Below, in pieces: positions 38,428 through 46,807 of a stretch of 52,941 nucleotides of DNA. The notes under the pieces are model-generated. The model ran no database searches, was not told where the DNA came from, and saw only the letters and a list, made by a program, of their open reading frames with translations. The position numbers and the translations under genes were made by a program. The stretch is from Treponema sp. (GTDB taxonomy: Bacteria > Spirochaetota > Spirochaetia > Treponematales > Breznakiellaceae). Location: the NCBI GenBank assembly GCA_009778545.1, contig WRJO01000001.1:1-52941 (forward strand). The letters run 5' to 3'. Each line of letters opens with the position of its first letter. Within the stretch, counting starts at the first letter, position 1.

Positions 38428-38428
38428 C

Positions 38429-39130
38429 TTAACTTTCTTCGTCTGGTTCCTGACCATCGATAATGTCGATAAGCTCGACGGTAAAGACCAGCGTTGAATA
38501 CGGCGGGATGAACTGTCCCGCGCCGTATTCGCCATAGGCAAGGTTCGACGGTATGTAGAAAAGGTACTTGCCGCCCATGCTCATCAGCTGTATGCCCTCG
38601 GCCCAGCCGGGAATCACCATGTCCAGCGGAATTTCCTCGGGCTGGCCCTGGGGATATGAGCTGTCAAAGACCGTGCCGTCGACAAGCGCCCCTTCGTAAT
38701 GAACGATAACCGTGTCGTTGGGCCCTGGCTTCGGACCGCTTCCCTCCTGCAGTACAACGTATTGCAGCCCGCTCTCCGTAACGGTAACGCCTTTACCGGC
38801 GGCGTTTTCCGCGAGGAACGTGATTTCATCATCACGAAGCTGCGCGTATCGCTTTAATAGCGCCCTTTCAAAAGCGTTCTGTACCAGTTCAAGGGCTTCA
38901 TCCCTGTCCAGCTTGGTGTTTTCCTGCTCCATTGCCGCTTTAAACCCTTCGGCAAAGGCCGCATATTCTATTGCAAGCCCGGTTTGCTGCAGGTCGCCGC
39001 CTACCGTCATACCAAAGGCATAGCTTATGCGGGCTTGTTCGTGTACCAGATCGCTTTCTTCCCGTATCCCCCTTGCCTGAACCGATAATGCAAGGAGAAG
39101 GAAGCAAATGGCAATGGCTAACCGTTTCAT
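38429..39130 (-). CDS. FKBP-type PPIase (Mip/FkpA-like)
   Basis: SYAFGM, TESGLQY, VHYEG.LVDGTVFDSS, VIPGWAEG, IPPYSTLVF.VEL. Confidence 0.94.
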   Translation of the reverse strand: MKRLAIAICFLLLALSVQARGIREESDLVHEQARISYAFGMTVGGDLQQTGLAIEYAAFAEGFKAAMEQENTKLDRDEALELVQNAFERALLKRYAQLRDDEITFLAENAAGKGVTVTESGLQYVVLQEGSGPKPGPNDTVIVHYEGALVDGTVFDSSYPQGQPEEIPLDMVIPGWAEGIQLMSMGGKYLFYIPSNLAYGEYGAGQFIPPYSTLVFTVELIDIIDGQEPDEES

Positions 39131-39140
39131 GTTTCCTCCG

Positions 39141-39833
39141 TTAATCATGATCATGGATAATATCAAGCAGTTCTACTTCGAATATCAATGTTGAATAGGG
39201 GGGAATCTGCGGCCTGCCCTGAGGGCCATAGGCAAGGTCAGACGGAATGAACAGGCGGTATTTGCTGCCGACGCTCATCAGCTGGAGGCCCTCGGTCCAG
39301 CCGGGGATTACCATCATGAGCGAAAATTCCGCTGGTTCGCCACGGGCATAGGAGCTGTCAAAGACGCTGCCGTCCAGCAATGTTCCCTCGTAATGAACGC
39401 GCACCATGTCTATCGGATCCGGCTTTGGACCGTCCCCTTCGGTGATAACTTCGTACTGCAGGCCGCTCTCGGTAATCATGATGCCGGGCTTTTGGCTGTT
39501 TTCCGCGAGGAATGCGAATTCCGCATCTCTGATTGCCGATTCGCGCCCTTCCGAAAGCTCAGTAAAAACCTGTTCCAGGATTTGTATTGCGTTTTCCATA
39601 GTGAACCGGGTTTTGGAATCGGTAAGGACATCCTTCATTCCCTGCATGAGTTCATCCATGTCGGGATAAATTTCTCCTGCTTTAAAGGAATTTCCAATGT
39701 CCATTCCCAAGGCATAACTGGCGTTTTTATCGATTGTTTCTTCGCCGGTTGGGCCGGTTTTGCCGCCGTTGCAGCCCAATAAACCCGTGCAGGCAAGGCC
39801 CGCGATTAATACTAGTGATAAGATATGTTTCAT
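39141..39833 (-). CDS. FKBP-type PPIase lipoprotein (tandem paralogue)
   Basis: Lipobox LLGC; SYALGM, VHYEGTLLDGSVFDSS, VIPGWTEG. Confidence 0.94.
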   Translation of the reverse strand: MKHILSLVLIAGLACTGLLGCNGGKTGPTGEETIDKNASYALGMDIGNSFKAGEIYPDMDELMQGMKDVLTDSKTRFTMENAIQILEQVFTELSEGRESAIRDAEFAFLAENSQKPGIMITESGLQYEVITEGDGPKPDPIDMVRVHYEGTLLDGSVFDSSYARGEPAEFSLMMVIPGWTEGLQLMSVGSKYRLFIPSDLAYGPQGRPQIPPYSTLIFEVELLDIIHDHD

Positions 39834-39885
39834 GTTTTCAGCATATCCCTTAATTTGCGTTATGGATACCCCGATATACTAAAAT

Positions 39886-40524
39886 ATGAAGAAATATTCC
39901 CCTGTCCTTGCCGCAGCCTGCGGCGTTGTAATCTTTGCTTCCTGCGCCGGCATCCAGCCGCAGAGAACCCGCCCGCCCTCCGTTCCGCCGGAAACCGTGC
40001 CGGTTAAGCCGGAACGTCCCCTGCCGCCTGACGAGATAATGGGAAAGGGGAAGGTTAGCGGAGAAAAACTGGCGGCGTTTTTGCTGGAGACCAATTCCGG
40101 CGCCGACGTTGATTTTACCGGTTCTCTTGCCGCTTTCTATATTGACGAAGCCGCCGCCGAAGGGGTGAACCACGACACCGCCTTTGCCCAGATGTGCCTG
40201 GAAACCGGCTTTCTCCGCTACGGCGGGCTGGTTACGGCGGACAAGAACAACTTCTGCGGCCTTGGCGCGATTGGCCCAGAACAGCCCGGCCTTACTTTTC
40301 CCGATCCGCAAACCGGAGTCCGCGCCCACATCCAGCACCTCAAGGCCTATGCGTCCCAGTCGCCGTTGAACAACGAACTGGTCGATCCACGCTATCGTTA
40401 TGTGAAACTCGGCTCTTCTCCCACGATACACGGCCTTGCCGGAACCTGGGCCGCCGACAAGCTGTACAGCGAAAAGATCGCCGCCATCCTGGAACGTCTG
40501 TACGACTTTGTGTATGACGAATGA
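39886..40524 (+). CDS. Glucosaminidase (GH73-like) lipoprotein
   Basis: Lipobox FASC; AFAQMCLETGF, NNFCGLGA, GVRAHIQHL, WAADKLY. Confidence 0.88.
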   Translation: MKKYSPVLAAACGVVIFASCAGIQPQRTRPPSVPPETVPVKPERPLPPDEIMGKGKVSGEKLAAFLLETNSGADVDFTGSLAAFYIDEAAAEGVNHDTAFAQMCLETGFLRYGGLVTADKNNFCGLGAIGPEQPGLTFPDPQTGVRAHIQHLKAYASQSPLNNELVDPRYRYVKLGSSPTIHGLAGTWAADKLYSEKIAAILERLYDFVYDE

Positions 40525-40538
40525 ATACAATATTATAG

Positions 40539-40571
40539 ATCAACGAATTACGCGAATTAGCGCGAATGAAT
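40539..40571. repeat. CGCGAAT-family tandem repeat arm
   Basis: ATCAACGAATTACGCGAATTAGCGCGAATGAAT; inverted partner ATTCGCGCCATTCGTTGAT at 40965-40983. Confidence 0.7.
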
Positions 40572-40581
40572 ACAGGAAGAT

Positions 40582-40671
40582 CTCACGCAGAGGCGCAGAG
40601 GCGCAGAGAGCGCAGAGGTTAAGGAAGGATTAAATGAGCGTAGTTCGTAAATACTCCATCTTTACTTTGCG
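40582..40671. repeat. CGCAGAGG-family element with truncated right arm
   Basis: CTCACGCAGAGGCGCAGAGGCGCAGAGAGCGCAGAG...CTTTGCG. Confidence 0.8.
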
Positions 40672-40715
40672 ATCTTTCCAACTGAAAACCGGAAAGCGTT
40701 TTTTATGTCTCTTAC

Positions 40716-40985
40716 TCATCTAATTCCCGTTGGGGAGGGGGCGCGGGGGTGGCAAAAAATTTCTGGGCCTCCCTGCCGTAGGAGACGAGCAAGAAAAATT
40801 TAAAACTGGGATAGAAAAAATGCCTGACCACTTAATAATCTGATTATGGATAGTTACTCTCAGCAAGAAGCATTAAGTTGTCAGGTGGCTCCGCAGGCGG
40901 ACTCCCCCAGATTTTTGCCACCCCCGCGCCCCCTCCCCAACGGGCTTTTGCGGGTAATATTTTTATTCGCGCCATTCGTTGATTC
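40716..40985. mobile_element. ~265-bp structured MITE-like element, copy B
   Basis: Perfect 33-bp inverted repeats 40726-40758 / 40912-40944. Confidence 0.75.
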
Positions 40986-41057
40986 TTGTATTCTGTTCTT
41001 GTATTCTGTACTGGACAGAGGTTGCATTAATCGGTAGTATTATTCTCAGGAGATAAT

Positions 41058-41282
41058 GTGGCAAAAGAAGAGGCGATAGAAGTTGAAGGGATTGTCCGTG
41101 AAGCCCTTCCCAATACCATGTTCAGGGTGGAACTGGACAACCAAAACGGACACCTGATACTGGCACACCTTTCCGGAAAGATGCGGAAGCACTACATCCG
41201 CATAGTCCCCGGCGACCGGGTACGGGTCGCACTTTCCCCCTACGATTTAAGCCGAGGCAGAATCATCTACCGCGAACGCTAA
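41058..41282 (+). CDS. infA: Translation initiation factor IF-1
   Basis: [48 protein letters not shown]. Confidence 0.97.
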   Translation: MAKEEAIEVEGIVREALPNTMFRVELDNQNGHLILAHLSGKMRKHYIRIVPGDRVRVALSPYDLSRGRIIYRER

Positions 41283-41296
41283 CTGCAGAAACCGAA

Positions 41297-41695
41297 CTAC
41301 CCACTACCCACTTCTTTAAGCAAGACCCATGTCGCACCCTCGCCGCCGTTTGAGGTTTTGCCCCTGCCCGATTCTCCGGCGAACGGACACTGCTCTATAA
41401 AGTCCATCACGGCGCGCTTAAGCACCGGCTCGCCTGCCGAATGATTCCCCTTGCCGTGGATGATCTGGATTTTTTCCAGGCCGCTGCTTTTGGACTCGGC
41501 AAAAAACGCTTCCAGCGATAGCCACGCTTCGTCGCGGCTCTGGCCGTGTATGTCCAATTCCGCTTCGGGCCTTTTGTTTTTCAGGCGGCGGCGTTTTTCC
41601 TGCGCGCTTATCTGCCTGCCGGAATTTTCCGCGTCTTTGTCATAAATTCCGTTGTCCTGCTTTTCCCATTTATCAAGAATGTCCCCAAAATTCAT
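41297..41695 (-). CDS. Smr/MutS2-like domain protein
   Basis: LDIHG, IIHGKG.HS, GGEGATWVLL. Confidence 0.9.
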   Translation of the reverse strand: MNFGDILDKWEKQDNGIYDKDAENSGRQISAQEKRRRLKNKRPEAELDIHGQSRDEAWLSLEAFFAESKSSGLEKIQIIHGKGNHSAGEPVLKRAVMDFIEQCPFAGESGRGKTSNGGEGATWVLLKEVGSG

Positions 41696-41704
41696 AGCTA
41701 CCCC

Positions 41705-43093
41705 TCAGTAAAATATTACGCTCTCTTCCGGTATCCATCCCGAAGCGCCGCCCGAGTCGTTGGCGATGACCCTCAGCCAGCTTCCCCCTTGTTCCAATCC
41801 GCTGCCCGCGGGCGGCGAAACCAGCGCCGGCTGTCCTTCCCTGAAACGGCCGATTATCTCCCCTGCCGCGTCGGGAATGCGGCGAATCGCCGTTTCCCGC
41901 AGCACCGCCGCGCGTGGCGCATCCCTTCCCGCCGGGAGGATGCCCCGCTTTTTTTCGTCGTTGGTTCCGGCAAAGCCGATGCTTTGTTCCGCCCCGCGCC
42001 GCAAAGCGGCAAACAGCGCTCCCGCCCCGTGATCCCGCTCGTTCTTCCTGAGCGCGGCCAATGCGCCGGCGCGCTGCCCCCTATCCCACAGATTCTTCGC
42101 CGCGCTGTAAACCTCGTCAAAATCTGCCCGGTACTTTTGGTACAGGCGGGGATTGGCAGCCGCCGCCGTTTCTGCGGATGGAAAGGGAAGGGGAGGGCTT
42201 GCAACCTCGGCGGCCGGTTCGGCCGGGCTTTCATCTTCGGCCCGGATATTCTCCGCCTGGATATCCTCCGCCCGGTTTACCGGGATTCGCGCCTCCGGTA
42301 TATCGAAGAACGAACCGTTATGCGAAATCCGGCGCTTTTCCAGGACAAGGGGAACCGCTTCCAGGGGGATGATGCGCAGCTTGAGCGCCGTGCCACGGGA
42401 TTGTTCCTCGGTTGAGATGGGCAGCGATTCGAGGATGATCCCCTGCGGCACGGGCGGCAGGAACAGTGCCGCTTCAGGAAGTATCGCGTCAATACTGTCT
42501 TCCGCGTTCCAGCCGCTGATGCGCAGGCTGACGATCGAGCTTTGGCCGGTAACCATTCCGGCCGCCCGCTCCCAGACAAGCTGGTAATGCCGCGTCTCGG
42601 CGTTGCTCGACGGCCTTGCCACCTGCAGCCGGAACGGGGCGGTTTTTACCTGCCCGTGCGGTGTGATGACGGTAAATGAATCGAAGGCGACGGTCCCCGC
42701 GTTGTGCAGCGCGAAACGGTACTCCATCGCCGTCCATCGTTCAAACGCGATCTCCTGCTCGTGATCATCGCCGGAGTGCGAAGCCGGCGCACTGTGGGAA
42801 TAGCTGGTAAAGGTCTGGCCGGTAACAGGATTCCTCAGGCGCGGCCCCTTGAGCACCTGTTCCAGAAAGATCGCATCGCTGAAATGCGGCGCGCGCACGT
42901 CCACCTCGTTCGGCTCGTGATGGGCGATAAGCAGGGTGAGTATCCACGTCGACCCCGCGACGGGGCGATCCGGAACGCTGCGTATCAGGATGTGCGGCTC
43001 TTCCTGGGCCGGGAGGATAGCGGCTGCCAGCAGAAGCTGCGCCGCGAGAAAAACCGGAAAACGCCCGCTAAAGCGGTTATTGAATTGCGCCAT
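41705..43093 (-). CDS. Bat-operon exported protein (BatD/E-like, C-terminal SH3b-like domain)
   Basis: Signal peptide; C-terminal WLRV...GASGWIPEESVIFY; last gene of the MoxR-VWA cluster. Confidence 0.6.
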   Translation of the reverse strand: MAQFNNRFSGRFPVFLAAQLLLAAAILPAQEEPHILIRSVPDRPVAGSTWILTLLIAHHEPNEVDVRAPHFSDAIFLEQVLKGPRLRNPVTGQTFTSYSHSAPASHSGDDHEQEIAFERWTAMEYRFALHNAGTVAFDSFTVITPHGQVKTAPFRLQVARPSSNAETRHYQLVWERAAGMVTGQSSIVSLRISGWNAEDSIDAILPEAALFLPPVPQGIILESLPISTEEQSRGTALKLRIIPLEAVPLVLEKRRISHNGSFFDIPEARIPVNRAEDIQAENIRAEDESPAEPAAEVASPPLPFPSAETAAAANPRLYQKYRADFDEVYSAAKNLWDRGQRAGALAALRKNERDHGAGALFAALRRGAEQSIGFAGTNDEKKRGILPAGRDAPRAAVLRETAIRRIPDAAGEIIGRFREGQPALVSPPAGSGLEQGGSWLRVIANDSGGASGWIPEESVIFY

Positions 43094-43095
43094 AA

Positions 43096-43698
43096 CTAAT
43101 AATCCGGTCCTGTTATTTCTTCTTCGTCCGTCCATTCCCGGCTTCTCCACTGGTTAAGTTCTTTCTGCCGGATAAAGTCAAAGAGGATAAGCATGCTTTC
43201 ATTTTCGTATTCATCGATGCCGACAGACAGGTTTTCCCTCGATAGGGAAAGTATGCATAATTCCAGATTCCGTTTTGCGTCTATCCTCCTGCCGTCTACC
43301 CTGAGCGCCTCGCGGAACGAATTCGCCGCGCCGGCAAAATCCTGGGCGCTGAATAATACCACCCCGGTGTTGTAGTGGATGCGGTAATGGAGTTCGCTAT
43401 TTTCGGAAGGGGGCAGCTTTTCGAGCGCCTTCCTGGCTTTGGCAAAACGATCCAGCGCCGCCTGCTCCTCGCCCAGCGCGAAATACACCGAACCCAGGCC
43501 GTATTCGGCATAGGGCGCCGCATCCGCATAGTCAAGCGCTTTCAGGTACGGCGTTATCGCCTCGTTGTACATCCCACGCGAATTTTTATAATTTGCCTCC
43601 ATTATCAGAAGCTTGCCGGGAATGCCCGAGCACCCGCAAAGCATCAGGGGCAGAACCACAAAAGCAGGAAAATATTTTTTTATGCGATTCTCAGACAT
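43096..43698 (-). CDS. TPR lipoprotein (BatC-like)
   Basis: LCGC lipobox; YNTGVVLF, DAKRNLEL; C-terminal PDY. Confidence 0.8.
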   Translation of the reverse strand: MSENRIKKYFPAFVVLPLMLCGCSGIPGKLLIMEANYKNSRGMYNEAITPYLKALDYADAAPYAEYGLGSVYFALGEEQAALDRFAKARKALEKLPPSENSELHYRIHYNTGVVLFSAQDFAGAANSFREALRVDGRRIDAKRNLELCILSLSRENLSVGIDEYENESMLILFDFIRQKELNQWRSREWTDEEEITGPDY

Positions 43699-44635
43699 TT
43701 CTTCTACCCACTTTTAAAAGGCTGAGCCTTGATGCCCCATAGGCTATTATAGCCAGCATGGCGAAGGTAAACCAGTGCGCTTTTCGCTCCTGCTTGTTTT
43801 TTCCGGCATAGGTTTCCGCCGCCAGGGAGCGCAGATGGGCGGCAAGGGCATCGGCGGCGTCGCTGCGGCTGCCGTCGATGTAAACGCCGCCGGTTTCCGA
43901 GGCTGCCGCCCGCATGGCGTTTGCGTCCCTGAAGCTGGCAATCCCATCCAGGCCGGGAACTTCCCCTCCCTCGTCGCTGCCGACGGCAACTGCAGCTACG
44001 GATATGGCTTCCTGGCTGCAGCGTCCAAGGGCCGCTTTGAGCGATCCGGAGAGTTCTTCGCCGTCAGAAATAAGGATAATCACCCTGTTTGACGGATGAG
44101 ACGACTGAAAAACCCCCGCCGACGCGTCTACCAGCGATTCGAGGTTGGTTCCCCACCCGCTCAGGTTCGATCCGTCAACGGCTTCGAGAAGGGCAAGCAC
44201 CGCGCCGTTGTCCCAGGTAAGGGGAATGGCGACAATGCCCCTGCTTCTGCTTACCGTTACGGCAAAACGCATCCCCGGCAGCGCGTCGATGGCTTCCCTG
44301 GCGACAGCCAGGCCCCGCTCCAGGCGGGACAGGCCTCCGGCATTGTCTCGGATTTCCATGCTGCGGGAAACGTCCAGGGCGATCACGGCATCTACGGCGC
44401 GGCGGTATTCGCCCTGCCGCTGCCCAATCCCCCAGCGGGGTCCGGCAAGGGCGGTTACCAGGAAGGCGAGGAACAGGGCGAAGAAAATCCGTGACGCAAA
44501 CAGCTGCATCCACAGATCCTTCGGCAGGTTTGTCTGAATCCGTTTTCTCCGTGCGGAGAAATATTCGGACAGGAGAATCGGAATAAAAACGAGAAAGCCC
44601 AGCAGGACCCATGGATGATCGAAAATGCCGGTCAT
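43691..44635 (-). CDS. VWA domain protein (BatB-like)
   Basis: ALAGPRWG, MIDAS DVSRSM, ISDGE. Confidence 0.88.
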   Translation of the reverse strand: MTGIFDHPWVLLGFLVFIPILLSEYFSARRKRIQTNLPKDLWMQLFASRIFFALFLAFLVTALAGPRWGIGQRQGEYRRAVDAVIALDVSRSMEIRDNAGGLSRLERGLAVAREAIDALPGMRFAVTVSRSRGIVAIPLTWDNGAVLALLEAVDGSNLSGWGTNLESLVDASAGVFQSSHPSNRVIILISDGEELSGSLKAALGRCSQEAISVAAVAVGSDEGGEVPGLDGIASFRDANAMRAAASETGGVYIDGSRSDAADALAAHLRSLAAETYAGKNKQERKAHWFTFAMLAIIAYGASRLSLLKVGRRNV

Positions 44636-45648
44636 AGCCATGCCCCCAGAAAGAATCGTTTGATAAAACGGGAGACGGCGATCAGGGCAAGGGCGGCAAG
44701 CAGGAAGGGCGTATGGCATGGCCGTGATCGCATAACGCTTCCCGCGCGGCGAACCACCATTTCCTGATCGTCAATGCGGGCAAATGCAGAGGCAAGGGCA
44801 TCGGCAGACGCGGCGGCGATCCATGTCCCTCCTCCGGCGGAACTTATCTCCCGCAGGGCCTCGATGTCGTAGCGTGAATCGAACAGGCCGGTGCGCCGCA
44901 TCCGCGTAACAGGGTCGATGTAGTCGATGGGCACTTCCCCCCCGGAGCCTATGCCGATCACCCACAGCGAAATGCCAAGGCCGCCGATCATTTCGGCGGC
45001 GGTCAGCGGGTGAATCGAACCGGCGTTGTTTTCACCGTCGCTGATAAGAATCACCGCCCTGCGCTGCGCGTCAGATTTTTCCAGGTGGTACGCCGCCACC
45101 GCAAGCCCCATTCCCAGCGCGGTTCCGTCGCCCAGTTCCCCGATGCGCAGTTCGTCCAGCCGCAGTTCGAGTGTTTCGCGGTCGGTGGCCGGGGGCAACA
45201 GTAGGGCGGCATCGCTGCCGACAGCCACAAGGCCGATGCCGTCGGCGGGGCGGCGTGCGGCGAATTCCCTGAGCAGTTTGCGGGCTGCCGAAAATCGGCT
45301 TGAACCGTCCATGTCGAGCGCCGCCATGCTGGGGCTGATGTCGATCACGAAAAGTATGTCGGCGCCCCGGTTCAGCCAAACCGTTTCCGGCGTTTTAGCC
45401 AGGGGGCCGGCGGCGCCGATGAAAAGGAGTGCGACACCGCAATATTCCAGCGCCCTTATCAGCTTTACTATCCCCCCAAGGTTAACGGGCGCTTTAAAGG
45501 AAACGCCGCCGGGCGGCCCAAGGGGAATGGACGCGGTAAAGGGGCTTCCCAGCCGCCGCGCCAGGATAATGGCAAGCGGAATGACAATAAAAGCCGCCGC
45601 GATAATCAGGGGCCGCTCAAAGCCGAAACCAAGCTGGGAGAAGATCAT
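44632..45648 (-). CDS. VWA domain protein (BatA-like)
   Basis: MIDAS DISPSM, GTALGMGL, ILISDGENNAG. Confidence 0.9.
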   Translation of the reverse strand: MIFSQLGFGFERPLIIAAAFIVIPLAIILARRLGSPFTASIPLGPPGGVSFKAPVNLGGIVKLIRALEYCGVALLFIGAAGPLAKTPETVWLNRGADILFVIDISPSMAALDMDGSSRFSAARKLLREFAARRPADGIGLVAVGSDAALLLPPATDRETLELRLDELRIGELGDGTALGMGLAVAAYHLEKSDAQRRAVILISDGENNAGSIHPLTAAEMIGGLGISLWVIGIGSGGEVPIDYIDPVTRMRRTGLFDSRYDIEALREISSAGGGTWIAAASADALASAFARIDDQEMVVRRAGSVMRSRPCHTPFLLAALALIAVSRFIKRFFLGAWL

Positions 45649-45703
45649 GATAACCTTCTTGTACGCCGCGTGAGCGGCGATTTTAATCGAACATGATCGA
45701 AGA

Positions 45704-46807
45704 TCATGACTGCCTCTGTCCGAGTACTTTTTTCCGCATGGCCCTATCCAGCGTCCTGAGGAATGAACGAATTTCACCTAACAAAGACTGTGCTGCGTCA
45801 TTGCCAATTTCACTGCCGCTGAAACGGATGCCGTCGCAGCGGTTAAAAAACGATCCGAGGAATTCGCCTCCTGGTACGCTGTGGTACTCCTCAAAAAAGA
45901 CAACTCCGTCAAATTCACACGCGGTCATGGCGCGGCAGCTCTTTCCGGAAAAATACGACAGGAAGCTGCGGAACTCCGCCGAGAGCGTGTCAAGAATCTC
46001 CCGCTCCGCGCTGCCCCGTGCCATGTCTCTGCGAAGCCGTTTTTCAATCCTCCACATGGCGAGCACGAGCTGCCAGCGTTTCCATGCCTCTATCCAGTCC
46101 TTCATCTGCCTGCGGCCCCAGACCAGCGTCCACAAAATAAGAAGCAGGGCAAGGACCGCCGCGCCGATGGTTCCGTACAGGAGCAGGCTTGTGCCGGGAA
46201 TTGCCAGGGGCAGGGCGGGGTTGGAGAGCACCATGCCCATCGTGTCCGCTTCAAGTATGGAGGAGATTTCGACCGTCAATCCGCTGAACGTTTCCCCGCC
46301 GATGCTGACCGACGGCAGTTCCAGAATCCCCGGCGCGTATGCGGAAAATTCTATTGTCAGGCGGTTGCCGTTGGGCCTTCGCTCAAGCGCCGCACGGTGG
46401 ATGTCGATGTTAGGCGATGAAGGCAGCCGCGTGGGGTTGATCTCCTCCGCCGGCAGTCCGGCCAATCCTTTCAGCTCCAATACAAGGCTTGCCCGGTCGC
46501 CGACAAACACCTTTGAAGGAATCATATACCCGTTATTCGGCGCATCCTGCGCAAACAACCCCGTCCCGCCCAGGAGAAAAATAAAACTTATTCCAAATTT
46601 TTTCACGCAGAGGCGCAGAGGCGCAGAGTACGCAAAGAATATAAGAGAGTACAAAGGTTTATCTTTTATATCTCTCCTTTCCTCTCTCCCTCTTCTCTCT
46701 GCGATCGCGTACCGCTTGCGGTACGATGCGCTTCCGCGCCTCTGCGTGAATAATTGCGAAGAAATGTCCCCAGCGCCTTGGCGTGAAGAATTGCGAAAAT
46801 AATTCAT
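45704..46807 (-). CDS. Bat-operon membrane protein with a repeat element in frame at its N-terminus
   Basis: ATGA overlap with the DUF58 stop (alternative GTG 46606); signal FIFLLGGTGLFAQ; TM helix; RAMT..EF. Confidence 0.75.
   Translation of the reverse strand: MNYFRNSSRQGAGDISSQLFTQRRGSASYRKRYAIAERRGREERRDIKDKPLYSLIFFAYSAPLRLCVKKFGISFIFLLGGTGLFAQDAPNNGYMIPSKVFVGDRASLVLELKGLAGLPAEEINPTRLPSSPNIDIHRAALERRPNGNRLTIEFSAYAPGILELPSVSIGGETFSGLTVEISSILEADTMGMVLSNPALPLAIPGTSLLLYGTIGAAVLALLLILWTLVWGRRQMKDWIEAWKRWQLVLAMWRIEKRLRRDMARGSAEREILDTLSAEFRSFLSYFSGKSCRAMTACEFDGVVFFEEYHSVPGGEFLGSFFNRCDGIRFSGSEIGNDAAQSLLGEIRSFLRTLDRAMRKKVLGQRQS
46603..46787. repeat. CGCAGAGG-family palindromic element with inserted mini-hairpin and extra arm
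   Basis: TCACGCAGAGGCGCAGAGGCGCAGAG...GCGCCTCTGCGTGA...GCGCCTTGGCGTGAA. Confidence 0.88.

Noticed and set aside
40846-41037. 63-aa ORF MDSYSQQEAL...
   Set aside because: It lies inside the structured element and the frame differs in copy A because of an indel.
111-46787. Elements as integron attC sites
   Set aside because: No RYYYAAC/GTTRRRY cores, no integrase, and they lie between core housekeeping genes.
45693-46802. 369-aa + strand ORF
   Set aside because: Antisense shadow of a Bat-operon gene.
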